A stretch of 64,000 bases of DNA from Candidatus Poribacteria bacterium (GTDB lineage: Bacteria > Poribacteria > WGA-4E > GCA-2687025), in NCBI GenBank assembly GCA_028818695.1, contig JAPPNK010000026.1:135164-199163 (forward strand), in the 5' to 3' direction. Shown here one piece after another: positions 9,425 to 19,036 of the stretch (within the stretch, counting starts at the first letter, position 1; each line of letters begins with the position of its first letter). The notes under the pieces were generated by a model. It was not told the DNA's origin. It saw nothing but the letters and a program-made list of their open reading frames with translations, and did no database searches. The position numbers were made by a program, and so were the translations under genes.

Positions 9425-12370
9425 TTATTTACTGCGCAGCTCCTCAAATCGTTTCAGGATTCTTCCCAGCCGGTCGTAGTTCACGCCGAATTCGCCCCAG
9501 TTTCCTTGTTTCTGGGCGGCTTCTCCCGCCTCGTACGCTTCCAGGGCGCTCAGCGCCTCCTGAATGAGCGCCTGCGCGTCCTCTTCCAGCGGAACATTCT
9601 GCATGCTCTCCCCCCCGTCCGCCGCCGCGACCGCGCGGCTCTGATCGCCGAACAGGCGCGACAAGGCGTCCATCAGGCTGTCGCCCATCGAAATGCGCGG
9701 CTGATCGGTTCCTTCGGTGTAGCTCACATACCCCGCCAGCACCTTGCGCAGAAGCGGGATGGGCATGTTCGCCGCCTCTAGATAGAGCGGTTCAATCGCC
9801 AGGACGCCCTGACTCAACGGAAACAGCAGCAGGTTGCCGCGCAGGACGTTCGCTTGCTGCGTCTTCCGCCAGAACGAGTAATCGTTGTGTCCGCTGAAAT
9901 GCGATTCCCACTGCTCCGTTCCGGTCATCTGCTGCCCCTTCGGGAAGGTGTAAATGTAGATTTGCCCATACTGCGGTCCCCCCTGCGGGTCGGATCGATA
10001 ATCGCACCGCGCCGCCATCCACGCGCTCATGACCTCCTTGTCGCGCGGCGTGTACGGGTAGATGAGCAGAAATTCAGGGTCGCTGCCGTCGGGGAGCTCC
10101 ATCGTCACATAGTACGGCTCGACCGGAATGGTGTCTTTTTCGTCGCGGTAGTTTTCCTCCGACAGGTCCCACAGGTCCTCTTGTAGGAAAAAGGTGTCAG
10201 GGTCTGTCATATGGTATGCCCGCAGCTGCCGCGCTTGCAGCCAGAACATCGTCAGCGGATAACGGATATGCTTTTTCAGCTCGTCCGACATCTCCGAGAA
10301 GGGGCGGAACAGGTTCGGGAAAATGCGCGAATAGCATTCCAGGACCGGATCGTCCACATTGAGCGTCGGCTCCGTGTCGAGTCGGTAAAACTGAACAGAC
10401 CCGTCATACACATCCACAACCGCCTTGACCGAGTTGCGGATGTAATTGCCCCACGGAACGCCGCGCGGCAGAACGCGCATGGACGCTGACCGTCCGCGCG
10501 CGTCTCTCACCAGCCCTGTATAAGCGTCCAGAAGCGGCTGCGAGTACGGATAGTTCGACGCGGTCATATAGGCGTCAATGATCCAGTGGAGCCGTCCGTC
10601 GGCGACAACAAGGTACGGGTCTTTGTCGTATTTCAAAAACGGCGCGATTCGAATCACCCGTTCCAGTATGTTGCGGCGGTACATGAGCCTGCTGCCGCTT
10701 TTGATGTCGGTGTTGAGAATGTAGTTGTAATCGCCGAACGCCGCCGCGTAAGTGGCTCTCCGCAGAATCGAGTCGATGGGGACGCCGCCCCTGCCGGTGT
10801 AGGTGTATGCGGCGAACAGATCGCCTTGCAATGGATAATCGAACTCGACTGGGTTCTTGTTTTCAGGATTGACGATGACGCTGTGGTTGGTGCGTTCGCC
10901 GTAGTAAATGCGCGGACCTGGCGCCTCCGCCATGCGGTGCTTCCATTCAGGGTCGTACTGATGCGGTATGTCGCGCACATAATAGATCGGCTCGCCCTCG
11001 CGCGTTTCGTTCACCGGACCGGCGACAAAGCCGTACCCGTGGGTGAAATTGAAGGTGCGGTTGATCCAGTTGTTGCCGGCGCTCGTCAGCTGGTTCACAT
11101 CCACCTCGCGCGGCGAGATGGACACCTGGCGCACAATATCGCCCATCTCATACCGGTCAATGTCCACATTTTCAAAGTTGTACTGCGGACGCAGCTCCTG
11201 CTTCTGGATATACACCTTTTTGAGCGGGCGCGGGTCCCACAGCCGTATGTTTTTTTCAATGCTGGGACGGGTGACATCGCTCAAACGCAGCGGCTCCCCG
11301 TCGCTGGACTCTTGAAGCTCTTGCATCTTGATCCCGCTCAGTCCGAAGGCGTGGCGCGTCATGACAATGTTGTTGCGGATATATTTGCGCTGAAGCTCCT
11401 GCTTGTTTGGGACAACCTTGAAATTGTTGACGAGAGTCGGGTACACCGTACCGCCGAGGACGAACGCCAGCAGATACAGCCCCGTCATATAAACCCCCCA
11501 CTTGATCTTGTTCACGCTGACGCTGAGGAACCAAGCGGCGGCGGCAAGCGCGCAGATGCCAATCAGGATATACAGTACGGGCAGGCGGGCGTTATGCTCC
11601 ACATAGCCCGCGCCGAAAAACAGCGGATTGTCGACATACAGCAGCTCGTATCGGCTTAGCCAGTGTCGCCAGCCGAGCGCGGCGAAGGAGACGCCGGCAA
11701 GCGTCCCCAGATGAATGCCGACGCCTTTGGAGATATTGAGCCGATTCTGATCGTCCAGCAGGGCGCCGTAAAAATAATAGGCAGCCGCCATGACAAGCGT
11801 CACAGGAATGCTGACGGCGATGAGCCAGCCGTTCAAAAACTGCTCAAACGGCAGCGTGAGCATGTAGTAAGCGACGTTTTTTTGAAAGATCGGGTCAAGT
11901 ATGGGCTGCCCGGCGGCGTCTGTGAACTGTATGCCGTCGGCGTTGAACCAGCGCTGTATCACCTCCCACTGCGCGGCGGCTGAGTATCCGAGGGCGACGG
12001 CGAAGGCGACGGTCGCTCCGTAGAGAATGCGGCGCAGATACTGGCGCATTTCGGCTGGGGAGGCTTGCCATGGCATGGCGTTCTGGGCGGCTGGATGCAT
12101 GCTTTCGGGCGCGAGTCGATGGAGCAGCCAGACGTTCACAAAGCCGACCGCAAAGATAAGCAGACCGATCAGAATGGCGACGACAACCTTTGTCCACAGG
12201 ATGGTTGTGAAGACATCGACATACTCGGCGCCGCTGGCGGAGCCGACGGAGCGAAACCACCAGACATCCGGCAGAACGGCGAGCCATATTCTAATCAAAA
12301 CCCATAAAGCGCCGGCGACGATGCCGACAATAGCCATTTTTCGAACTCTCTGCGTCATAGACGACTCCAT
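9425..12370 (-). CDS. UPF0182-family large membrane protein
   Basis: About 980 aa; N-terminal multi-TM region then a large domain with VVPN...E..YI..NI..TR.AFGL, characteristic of UPF0182. The first 100 aa of the track ORF are read-through of MITE repeats. Start placed at MESSMTQRV (12370), alternatively 12358. Confidence 0.65.
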   Translation of the reverse strand: MESSMTQRVRKMAIVGIVAGALWVLIRIWLAVLPDVWWFRSVGSASGAEYVDVFTTILWTKVVVAILIGLLIFAVGFVNVWLLHRLAPESMHPAAQNAMPWQASPAEMRQYLRRILYGATVAFAVALGYSAAAQWEVIQRWFNADGIQFTDAAGQPILDPIFQKNVAYYMLTLPFEQFLNGWLIAVSIPVTLVMAAAYYFYGALLDDQNRLNISKGVGIHLGTLAGVSFAALGWRHWLSRYELLYVDNPLFFGAGYVEHNARLPVLYILIGICALAAAAWFLSVSVNKIKWGVYMTGLYLLAFVLGGTVYPTLVNNFKVVPNKQELQRKYIRNNIVMTRHAFGLSGIKMQELQESSDGEPLRLSDVTRPSIEKNIRLWDPRPLKKVYIQKQELRPQYNFENVDIDRYEMGDIVRQVSISPREVDVNQLTSAGNNWINRTFNFTHGYGFVAGPVNETREGEPIYYVRDIPHQYDPEWKHRMAEAPGPRIYYGERTNHSVIVNPENKNPVEFDYPLQGDLFAAYTYTGRGGVPIDSILRRATYAAAFGDYNYILNTDIKSGSRLMYRRNILERVIRIAPFLKYDKDPYLVVADGRLHWIIDAYMTASNYPYSQPLLDAYTGLVRDARGRSASMRVLPRGVPWGNYIRNSVKAVVDVYDGSVQFYRLDTEPTLNVDDPVLECYSRIFPNLFRPFSEMSDELKKHIRYPLTMFWLQARQLRAYHMTDPDTFFLQEDLWDLSEENYRDEKDTIPVEPYYVTMELPDGSDPEFLLIYPYTPRDKEVMSAWMAARCDYRSDPQGGPQYGQIYIYTFPKGQQMTGTEQWESHFSGHNDYSFWRKTQQANVLRGNLLLFPLSQGVLAIEPLYLEAANMPIPLLRKVLAGYVSYTEGTDQPRISMGDSLMDALSRLFGDQSRAVAAADGGESMQNVPLEEDAQALIQEALSALEAYEAGEAAQKQGNWGEFGVNYDRLGRILKRFEELRSK

Positions 12371-12433
12371 GCAGTCTTTCAAGCGATCGACTTTATCGTA
12401 TAACAACGGCGCGCGCAGCGCAAGCGCCGAAAG

Positions 12434-12700
12434 CTGACCTTTAAGGTTTCGTTGGGCATGTCGGTATGCGAACGCGGACAGCGTCTGTTGGACTCTGGAT
12501 TCCCGCTTTCGCGGGAATGGCGATTTGGAATGCGGAGGCTGTCTGGGAGAACTCTGGATTCCCGCTTTCGCGGGAATGGCGATTTGGAATGCGGAGGCTG
12601 TCTGGGAGAACTCTGGATTCCCGCTTTCGCGGGAATGACGCTCTGATTGACGGAGCCTTTTCCCATCCATAAAGGCTTTGTTCGTTCAACGGCTCCATCT
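12434..12700. repeat. degenerate MITE copy carrying three tandem 59-bp core sub-repeats
   Basis: Left end CTGACCTTTAAGGTTTCGTTGGGCATG resembles the MITE terminus. 3x tandem GGATTCCCGCTTTCGCGGGAATGGCGATTTGGAATGCGGAGGCTGTCTGGGAGAACTCT. Right end degenerate. Sits immediately upstream of the UPF0182 start. Confidence 0.7.
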
Positions 12701-13164
12701 TCAAACGGGAGGGCAGCCGAAAGGGTTTAGGAGGGCAGCGAGGGAGGCGGGCGCTCAATTTTTATGAACAGCGCTTAATTATGCGTCGCTTGCTAAAAGG
12801 TCCGCATGGCGCGAACCCGCATGAGGCGCAGAATCACGGACAGGCGGCGTTGGCACGCTTATTGCTAATAAAACGGCGTAAAACGAAAACAACAATACAG
12901 CGCGGCATGAAGACCGCGAAGGAGATACGACAATGCCTCGATTTCAATGCGCCTTCCCATACGAAAATGGGAACCAACCCAGATGCAGCCGGCGGCGTCC
13001 AAGCGGCAACGGAACCTGCCGCAAAACCCGCGCGCGCATCGAAACGGTTTATGAATTTGAAGCGCGCAACGCCGAGCAGCTCTACAAGTGGCTTGAAATG
13101 AGAGGCGCCCCCATACGCTCCATCTGCGACATCAAACCCGTGGAGAGGGAAGCGTCCTCTTAGT

Positions 13165-14565
13165 TCATTCTTTTTCGGCGCGGCCGGGACCTCGCGCTTG
13201 ATCTTTCAGCTGCGCGTCAAAGCGGCGCGCCGCTCCGGTCAAGCGCTCCACGACCGCTTCGTTCGCTTCTGCCGCATTCTCCGACTCGGCGATGTCGGCG
13301 TCCAGCTGATACAGCTCGGCGGGGTTTTTGTTCTTCTCGTTGGCGCCGCCCGCTAAATGCAGTTTCCAGTTGCCGCGGCGGACGGCGCGCAGATTGGCTC
13401 CCCTGTAAAAATAAAAATGCCTATCCGGCGCAGACGCCTCAGGGTCGCGCAGCGTCTCCCCGACATCTTCGCCGTCGATGGCGCGTTCCGGGAGATCGGA
13501 GCCGGCAAGCGCGGCGATGGTCGGCAGCAGGTCGATGGAGCTGACAACCTCGGAGCAGACCGTTCCCGCCGGTATGGTTCCCGGCCAGCGCATGACGCAC
13601 GGGACGCGGAAGCCGCCCTCATAGACGCTGAATTTGCCGCCGCGCAGAGGAAGGGCGCATCCGCCGTCCTCCTTTTTTTGGAGCCAAGGTCCGTTGTCGG
13701 AGGTGAAGACGACGAGCGTGTTTTCGTCGATGCCAAGCTCGCGCAGCGTTTCCAAGATGCGCCCTGTCGACCAGTCGATCTCTTCAATGGTGTCGCCGTA
13801 GAGGCCGCGTTCGGACTTCCCGACAAACCCTTCGGAAGCGTAGAGCGGCACATGCGGCATGGTGTGAGCGAGGTAGAGAAAGAAGGGGCTGTCATGGTTG
13901 CCGCGTATGAAGCGCAGTGCCTCTTCGGTGTAGCGCTGCGTCAGCGTCTCTTGGACAGCGGGGCGCTCAATGATCTCTTCGTTGCGCATGATCGGCACAT
14001 TGAAGATGCGTCCGTTTTCAGTTTGAACCGCGTCCATGTCGTTCGAGTAAGGGATGCCGAAGTAGGAATCGAAGCCGTGCGCTGTCGGAAGAAACTGGGG
14101 CAGATGTCCGAGGTGCCATTTTCCGACGCATGCGGTCGCGTACCCTTTTTTCTTTAAGAGGCTCGCGATGGTCGTTTCGCTGGGGTCGAGTCCGATTACG
14201 TTGCCAGGGAAGAGAACGGAGGTGATGCCGACGCGCGGCGGGTAGCAGCCTGTCAACAGGGCGGCGCGGGAAGGGGAGCAGATAGAGGCGGCGACATAAA
14301 AATCGGTGAGGCGCATGCCCTCTTCAGCCATCTGGTCGATTTGCGGCGTCTTGATGTTCGGCGAGCCGAAGCAGCCCAGATCCTGATACCCCTGATCGTC
14401 CGTGAAGATGACGACAATGTTGGGCAGGTCGGCCGGTTCGCTTTCTGCCTTGTTTTCGTTCGCCGCGCCGGTTTGAGAGGCGGCATGCGAGGCGGCCATG
14501 GCGGACGCCGCGGCTGTTTTGATGAAGTCGCGCCGAGTGGATTCGTCTGCGCGCTCTGTCGTCAT
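13165..14565 (-). CDS. formylglycine-dependent sulfatase (arylsulfatase family) with Tat signal
   Basis: RRDFIK twin-arginine signal; CSPSRAALLTG sulfatase signature (C-x-P-x-R). Confidence 0.85.
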   Translation of the reverse strand: MTTERADESTRRDFIKTAAASAMAASHAASQTGAANENKAESEPADLPNIVVIFTDDQGYQDLGCFGSPNIKTPQIDQMAEEGMRLTDFYVAASICSPSRAALLTGCYPPRVGITSVLFPGNVIGLDPSETTIASLLKKKGYATACVGKWHLGHLPQFLPTAHGFDSYFGIPYSNDMDAVQTENGRIFNVPIMRNEEIIERPAVQETLTQRYTEEALRFIRGNHDSPFFLYLAHTMPHVPLYASEGFVGKSERGLYGDTIEEIDWSTGRILETLRELGIDENTLVVFTSDNGPWLQKKEDGGCALPLRGGKFSVYEGGFRVPCVMRWPGTIPAGTVCSEVVSSIDLLPTIAALAGSDLPERAIDGEDVGETLRDPEASAPDRHFYFYRGANLRAVRRGNWKLHLAGGANEKNKNPAELYQLDADIAESENAAEANEAVVERLTGAARRFDAQLKDQARGPGRAEKE

Positions 14566-14604
14566 AAGACGCTCCCTTTCGATGGTTCCGTTCTGCTGCG
14601 CATC

Positions 14605-16512
14605 TTAGACGAAACGTCGGCCGAGGACAACTGAAATGCCGAAGAGGCGGCGGTAAAACGCAAGCTCCGCTTCTAAGGCGCGCCGCACGTTTTCCGCCTG
14701 TCGAAAGCCATGCCCTTCGCCTTCAAAGAGGACGCATTTGGCTTCCAGTCCGTTGTCGTTGAGCGTTTTGACCATCGCTTCGGTTTGGTTTGGCGGAACG
14801 ACCTTGTCCTCCATGCCCTGCAAGAACAGAACAGGTCCGGAGATGTTCTTGGCGTAATGAATCGGCGACCGCTCCCGATACAGATCGGCGCGCTCAGGAT
14901 ACGGTCCGATCAACCTGTCAAGGTATCTCGATTCAAACTTATGGGTGTCCTTCGCCAGCGCCTCCAGATCGCCGATGCCGTAATAACTGCATCCCCCCTT
15001 GAACGCGTCTCGAAACGCGAGCGCCGCCAGCGCGGTGAATCCGCCGGCGCTTCCGCCGCGCACCGCTATGCGTTCGCCGTCGACGGCTCCGCGCTCTGCC
15101 ATGGCGCGCGCGCCGTTGACGCAGTCGTCCACATCCACGACGCCCCATTGCCCGTTCAGCCGCTCTCTATAGTCGCGTCCGTAGCCGGCGCTTCCGCCGT
15201 AGTTGACGTCCAGCACGGCAAAGCCTCGGCTGGTGAAAAACTGAATTGAGGGGTTGTAGGACGCTGTCGCCGCGCCGGTCGGTCCGCCGTGGCAGCTGAC
15301 AATCAAGGGCGGCTTTTCGTCTTTAGGAGGCTCAACGCTGTCGTTTTTGGGCGGATAAAAGAAGCCGCGCGCTGTCAGCCCGTTCTCCGTCAAAAATTCA
15401 ACCTCCGTCGGCAGCGACAGATGCCGCTCGTCCGCCTCCGTTTCATTGGGGCGGCGAATCGTCTCGATCTCCCTTGAGGCAAGGTCAATCTGAATCAGCT
15501 CGGCGGAGCGGGACGGCGAAGCGGCGTATAGATAGAGGCTCCCATCTGCCGCCAAGGGCGAGCTCAACTCCGTATAAGGCGTCTCAATGCGCTCCGCCTC
15601 TCCAGACAGGAGATAGATGAGCGCGAGGCGGGACTGTCCATTCTGCCGATAAACGGCGGCGACCGTGTCTGCCGAGACGTATGCGTATGCGCGCATTCCA
15701 AACGCCCATTGCGGCAGTCCAAATTCGGCGTCCATCGGGGCGATGTTTCGCGCGTCGCCGTTTTCAATGCGGTAGAGGTTCCACCAGCCCGTTCTGTCGG
15801 ACGCGAAAGCGAGCGCGCCGTCGGGCGACCATGTAGGCTGAAAGATCGACTCGCCGGAGCCGCCGGCGATGCAGCGCGGGTTTGTCAACTCTCCCGAAGG
15901 CGCGCATTCTGCCGTCCACAGCTCCGTTCCATCCCACGGCATGTTCGGATGGTTCCACGCGAGCCATGCAATCTGTGAGCCGTCGGGACTGATTTGCGGC
16001 GAGGAGACAAAGTCGCTTTCCGCGTAGAGAATCGAGACCCGTCCCGTCTCTGCGTCCACTGCCGCAAGCGCGTTCAGCGGTTCGTTCTCTCTCCGCTCCC
16101 GTTCAATGACGCACAAAATGCGGTTGCGCCGCGCGTCCATCACGCCGTCCGCATAGCGGGAGCCGTCCGCCGGGGTGATCGGATCGGGCGGCATGCCGGC
16201 GTCTTGCCGGTAAAGGCGCTGGTCGGCGTCGTTAGAAAAAAAGACCGCGCCGTCATGAACGAGATACCCGCCGCCGCCGTATTCATGGACGCGGGAACGC
16301 GCGCTGAGCGGAGCGGGCGTCAAGTCGTTCAGGGTTCCGTCCGGCTTTCTTTGGACGATGACGCTGCGCCCTTTGTCGGCGGGGCGCGTTTCAACCCAGT
16401 AAATGTCGGCGCCGTCCGAGGCGGACAGCCCCATCCGGACGCCCGCTTTAGCGACCTTTTCGGCGGAAACGGGGGACGGCCATGCGCCGTATGGAGCGCT
16501 CATTTTGTTCAA
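14605..16512 (-). CDS. S9-family serine peptidase (acylaminoacyl-peptidase/prolyl oligopeptidase-like) with N-terminal beta-propeller
   Basis: GGSAGG nucleophile elbow; C-terminal alpha/beta hydrolase with Asp/His; propeller-like N-terminal half. Confidence 0.85.
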   Translation of the reverse strand: MNKMSAPYGAWPSPVSAEKVAKAGVRMGLSASDGADIYWVETRPADKGRSVIVQRKPDGTLNDLTPAPLSARSRVHEYGGGGYLVHDGAVFFSNDADQRLYRQDAGMPPDPITPADGSRYADGVMDARRNRILCVIERERRENEPLNALAAVDAETGRVSILYAESDFVSSPQISPDGSQIAWLAWNHPNMPWDGTELWTAECAPSGELTNPRCIAGGSGESIFQPTWSPDGALAFASDRTGWWNLYRIENGDARNIAPMDAEFGLPQWAFGMRAYAYVSADTVAAVYRQNGQSRLALIYLLSGEAERIETPYTELSSPLAADGSLYLYAASPSRSAELIQIDLASREIETIRRPNETEADERHLSLPTEVEFLTENGLTARGFFYPPKNDSVEPPKDEKPPLIVSCHGGPTGAATASYNPSIQFFTSRGFAVLDVNYGGSAGYGRDYRERLNGQWGVVDVDDCVNGARAMAERGAVDGERIAVRGGSAGGFTALAALAFRDAFKGGCSYYGIGDLEALAKDTHKFESRYLDRLIGPYPERADLYRERSPIHYAKNISGPVLFLQGMEDKVVPPNQTEAMVKTLNDNGLEAKCVLFEGEGHGFRQAENVRRALEAELAFYRRLFGISVVLGRRFV

Positions 16513-17408
16513 GAGATGCCCAATCGGCGTTTCTGCTCCTTCAACATCTTTTTCTGCCGCGCAACTCGTTCCGGCACAACGCGCTCTCTCGGCCGCGTCG
16601 GTTTAAAATCGAGCCGCTTGACGCCGAGTCCTTTCAGAACCGCCTTCTCAACAAGAGAGAAATCGTCCGGATTCTTTCGGTTAAAGTTCATCGGCTTCTT
16701 GAGCGCGACGGGCGGATTCGTGATGAAGCGCGCCCGTCCGGACGGGTTGCGCGACGCCGAATGGAGAACATACGGATGGATCAGAACGATGTCGCCTGCC
16801 AACCCCGTCAGCTCGGCAAAGTCGCTGCAGCGGCGGATCAGTTTGCCGAAGCCCGCCTCGGAGGGGAGCAGTCCTTCTGGATGTTGCGCGAGATAGCGGG
16901 CGATATGCTGGACGGAGTCGGCGGCGACGAAGGTTCCGCCGCTTTTCGGGAAAATGTCCGACCAGATGACGATGGTGAGCAGCCCTTGTTCAGGGCTGTC
17001 GAGAAAGTGGCGAAAGAAATCGCCGTCTTTGTGCCATCCGCTCATGTTGGGGGACGGGGGCTGCCATGGCTCGCCGTCGCCGATATTGAAATTGATGATA
17101 AAGCCGTCTCCGAGCGAGAAGTTTTGCGCGTTTTGGATGCGCTCTTCTCCGCCCATGAGGTCGCAGATCGCGTTCCATGCTCTTGGGGCGATGTCGGCGG
17201 CGCGCTTCCAATTCATGCCGGTGAGATGGACGCGCGGTTCCGCCCAGGTGTCGGGGTCGTAGGGGTCGTATCCGAGCCGCTTGAAGGCGAAGGCGCGCCA
17301 TTCTTCAGCCAGCTCGCGCGGGAATGCCTGGCGTATGACGATATGCCCGCGTTCTAGAAACTGCTGCGCCTGCTCCTGTGTGATTTCTCGATAAGGCTTT
17401 TGCGCCAT
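16509..17408 (-). CDS. phytanoyl-CoA dioxygenase (PhyH) family protein
   Basis: WHKD...H motifs; paralogue of 763..1656; 4-nt overlap with the downstream S9 peptidase gene. Confidence 0.8.
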   Translation of the reverse strand: MAQKPYREITQEQAQQFLERGHIVIRQAFPRELAEEWRAFAFKRLGYDPYDPDTWAEPRVHLTGMNWKRAADIAPRAWNAICDLMGGEERIQNAQNFSLGDGFIINFNIGDGEPWQPPSPNMSGWHKDGDFFRHFLDSPEQGLLTIVIWSDIFPKSGGTFVAADSVQHIARYLAQHPEGLLPSEAGFGKLIRRCSDFAELTGLAGDIVLIHPYVLHSASRNPSGRARFITNPPVALKKPMNFNRKNPDDFSLVEKAVLKGLGVKRLDFKPTRPRERVVPERVARQKKMLKEQKRRLGIS

Positions 17409-17496
17409 TATTTGTTCCTCGCCGGTGGTGCGTTTGTTTGGATTACGTTACAGCATTTTGGGTCGAGTTTCAAGAGCGGACGCTGACATGCTCTCA

Positions 17497-17520
17497 AGTT
17501 GTGACATTTGAACGGATAGG
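17497..17520. repeat. solo MITE terminal fragment
   Basis: AAGTTGTGACATTTGAACGGATAGG matches the MITE terminus AAGTTGGGACATTTGAACGAATGATCG. Confidence 0.4.
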
Positions 17521-17590
17521 GCCTTCTATGCGGCGCTCTTTGAGCGCCCCTTCAGCGTTTCAATGGCGTGGACGAGATCGTCTAGCGGCA

Positions 17591-19036
17591 TCAGCTGTTT
17601 CCTTCATCTGCGCTTGCGGTTTTATCCGCCGCGCGCAGCAGCGTTTTGGATGGATCCACGCCGCAGTGTTCAAATAACAGAATCGGGTCCATGGGTATGC
17701 GAGATCGTCCGTTATCCCTTCCAACAAAAATTCCGTCCACAATCTTCGTAGATCTCATAGGGGATCCTTTAAGCGACTTCGGCTCGGAATTGACGATAAA
17801 GCGCTTTCTAGACTTTGACAGAATCGGCATCTTGTCTGACGTCAGGCGGCCCTGCTCATACAGCCATCCTGCGATTTCACTCAGAATATCGTTCCAAGAA
17901 CGTATATCAATTTCTTTCCCGTCAGGAAATCGTATGGCGGAAGGCGGGGGCGCATTTCTAGGCGGCTTGCATTCAGGCAGCGGCGTCCATCCGTCAGTCG
18001 AAGGCGAGTCTGGAATTGGCGTCGGGGTTGGAGCCTGTTTTGGCTCTGTCGGCGGAACGGGAGTCGGTTCAGGGTCTCTTGACCGCTTCAAATAAATATG
18101 GGAGTTATCGATACCGCAGTTATGGGTCAGAGCTTTTATATTTTCCAAATGCCGCATGGAACTTCCGTGCTTTGAAACATAAATGCCGTGCGCAATTTTG
18201 ACGGGCAACTTCATGTCTTTGCCCGTATGCTCGATCGGTTCCGAATTTGCAACGTAGGCGTCGCTAGTCAATCTCTTAATCGGCATCTGATCAGACGTCA
18301 ACAGCCCTTTTGAATGGAGCCATTTGGCAAGTTCCACATGAAGATCAGTCCAGTCTTGGATTGGAATCTCGCTTTCATCGGGGAATCTGATCGACGCAGG
18401 CACATATTCGTAGACTTCAAAGTAGGTCACCAGAAATCGCGATAGCGCGACCCATTTGTATTCTTCGGAAGGTCTTGTCGTAGGGACAGAAAGCGGTTCT
18501 GGAATTGGCGCCGGGGGCGGATCAAGCTTTTGCTTAGGCTCAGACGCCATAAAAGGTCGATTCGCCGCCGCGGGATTCCATGACGCGAGATTCGGCCGCC
18601 AAAGCGTCAGCAGCTGAAGCGCGCATTCATGGGTCGGCGTATCGTTAATGGCGACGCTCAGCAGGCGCTGATCGTCAACGGCATGCAGCTCCCACTTATC
18701 ACCGTCGGCAAGGCAGGCGTATGCGATCCCCGCTTCTCTTGCGCAGGTAAACAGATCGGTTCGGGCGGCAACGAGCGGGTCGCCCAGTTTCTTGATTTGG
18801 ACGAGAGCGGCAGGCTCTCCGTATGCGGCAAGCAGCGCGTAGTCGAACACATGCTCATTCAGCCGGTAGTCAGACAGTACCGCGTCAGGGTCGGCTGTGT
18901 CCCATCCAAGAGCGCGCAGCAGCGGATCCACAAGAGCGGCGCGCGTCCGCGTTCTGCTTTCGCGCAGAAAGGCGTCATGTTTCAGTATGCGCTTCTTTAG
19001 TGTTTCAATCGTTTCGGCAAGGGCGTCTAAGTTCAT
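17591..19036 (-). CDS. HsdR-N/Mrr-like PD-(D/E)xK nuclease-fold protein with two copies of an uncharacterised ~110-aa C-terminal domain (paralogue A)
   Basis: N-terminus TRTRAALVDPLLRALGWD ... DYALL ... LVQIKK (D...QxK) as in HsdR N-terminal/Mrr_cat domains. Pro-rich linkers. Repeated domain RFPD(G/E)(S/K)EI...W.D......W......LT.D.MPI ... CG(V/I)D.S. AT-richer than the genome average. Confidence 0.6.
   Translation of the reverse strand: MNLDALAETIETLKKRILKHDAFLRESRTRTRAALVDPLLRALGWDTADPDAVLSDYRLNEHVFDYALLAAYGEPAALVQIKKLGDPLVAARTDLFTCAREAGIAYACLADGDKWELHAVDDQRLLSVAINDTPTHECALQLLTLWRPNLASWNPAAANRPFMASEPKQKLDPPPAPIPEPLSVPTTRPSEEYKWVALSRFLVTYFEVYEYVPASIRFPDESEIPIQDWTDLHVELAKWLHSKGLLTSDQMPIKRLTSDAYVANSEPIEHTGKDMKLPVKIAHGIYVSKHGSSMRHLENIKALTHNCGIDNSHIYLKRSRDPEPTPVPPTEPKQAPTPTPIPDSPSTDGWTPLPECKPPRNAPPPSAIRFPDGKEIDIRSWNDILSEIAGWLYEQGRLTSDKMPILSKSRKRFIVNSEPKSLKGSPMRSTKIVDGIFVGRDNGRSRIPMDPILLFEHCGVDPSKTLLRAADKTASADEGNS

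Noticed and set aside
12480-12650. Possible CRISPR-like array (three direct repeats of 59 bp)
   Set aside because: Units are contiguous, with no unique spacers. Each is a palindromic MITE core also found dispersed elsewhere. No cas genes are present.
12933-13163. 76-aa ORF in the sulfatase-UPF0182 intergenic region
   Set aside because: It has no SD or family signature, overlaps the convergent sulfatase stop, and lies in GC-rich sequence; likely spurious.
17591-19036. Calling PD-(D/E)xK paralogue A catalytically dead because it has QxK instead of ExK
   Set aside because: Mrr-type nucleases, including the Mrr-like domain of the Type ISP gene here (AVQCK), canonically use QxK. The substitution is not evidence of inactivation.
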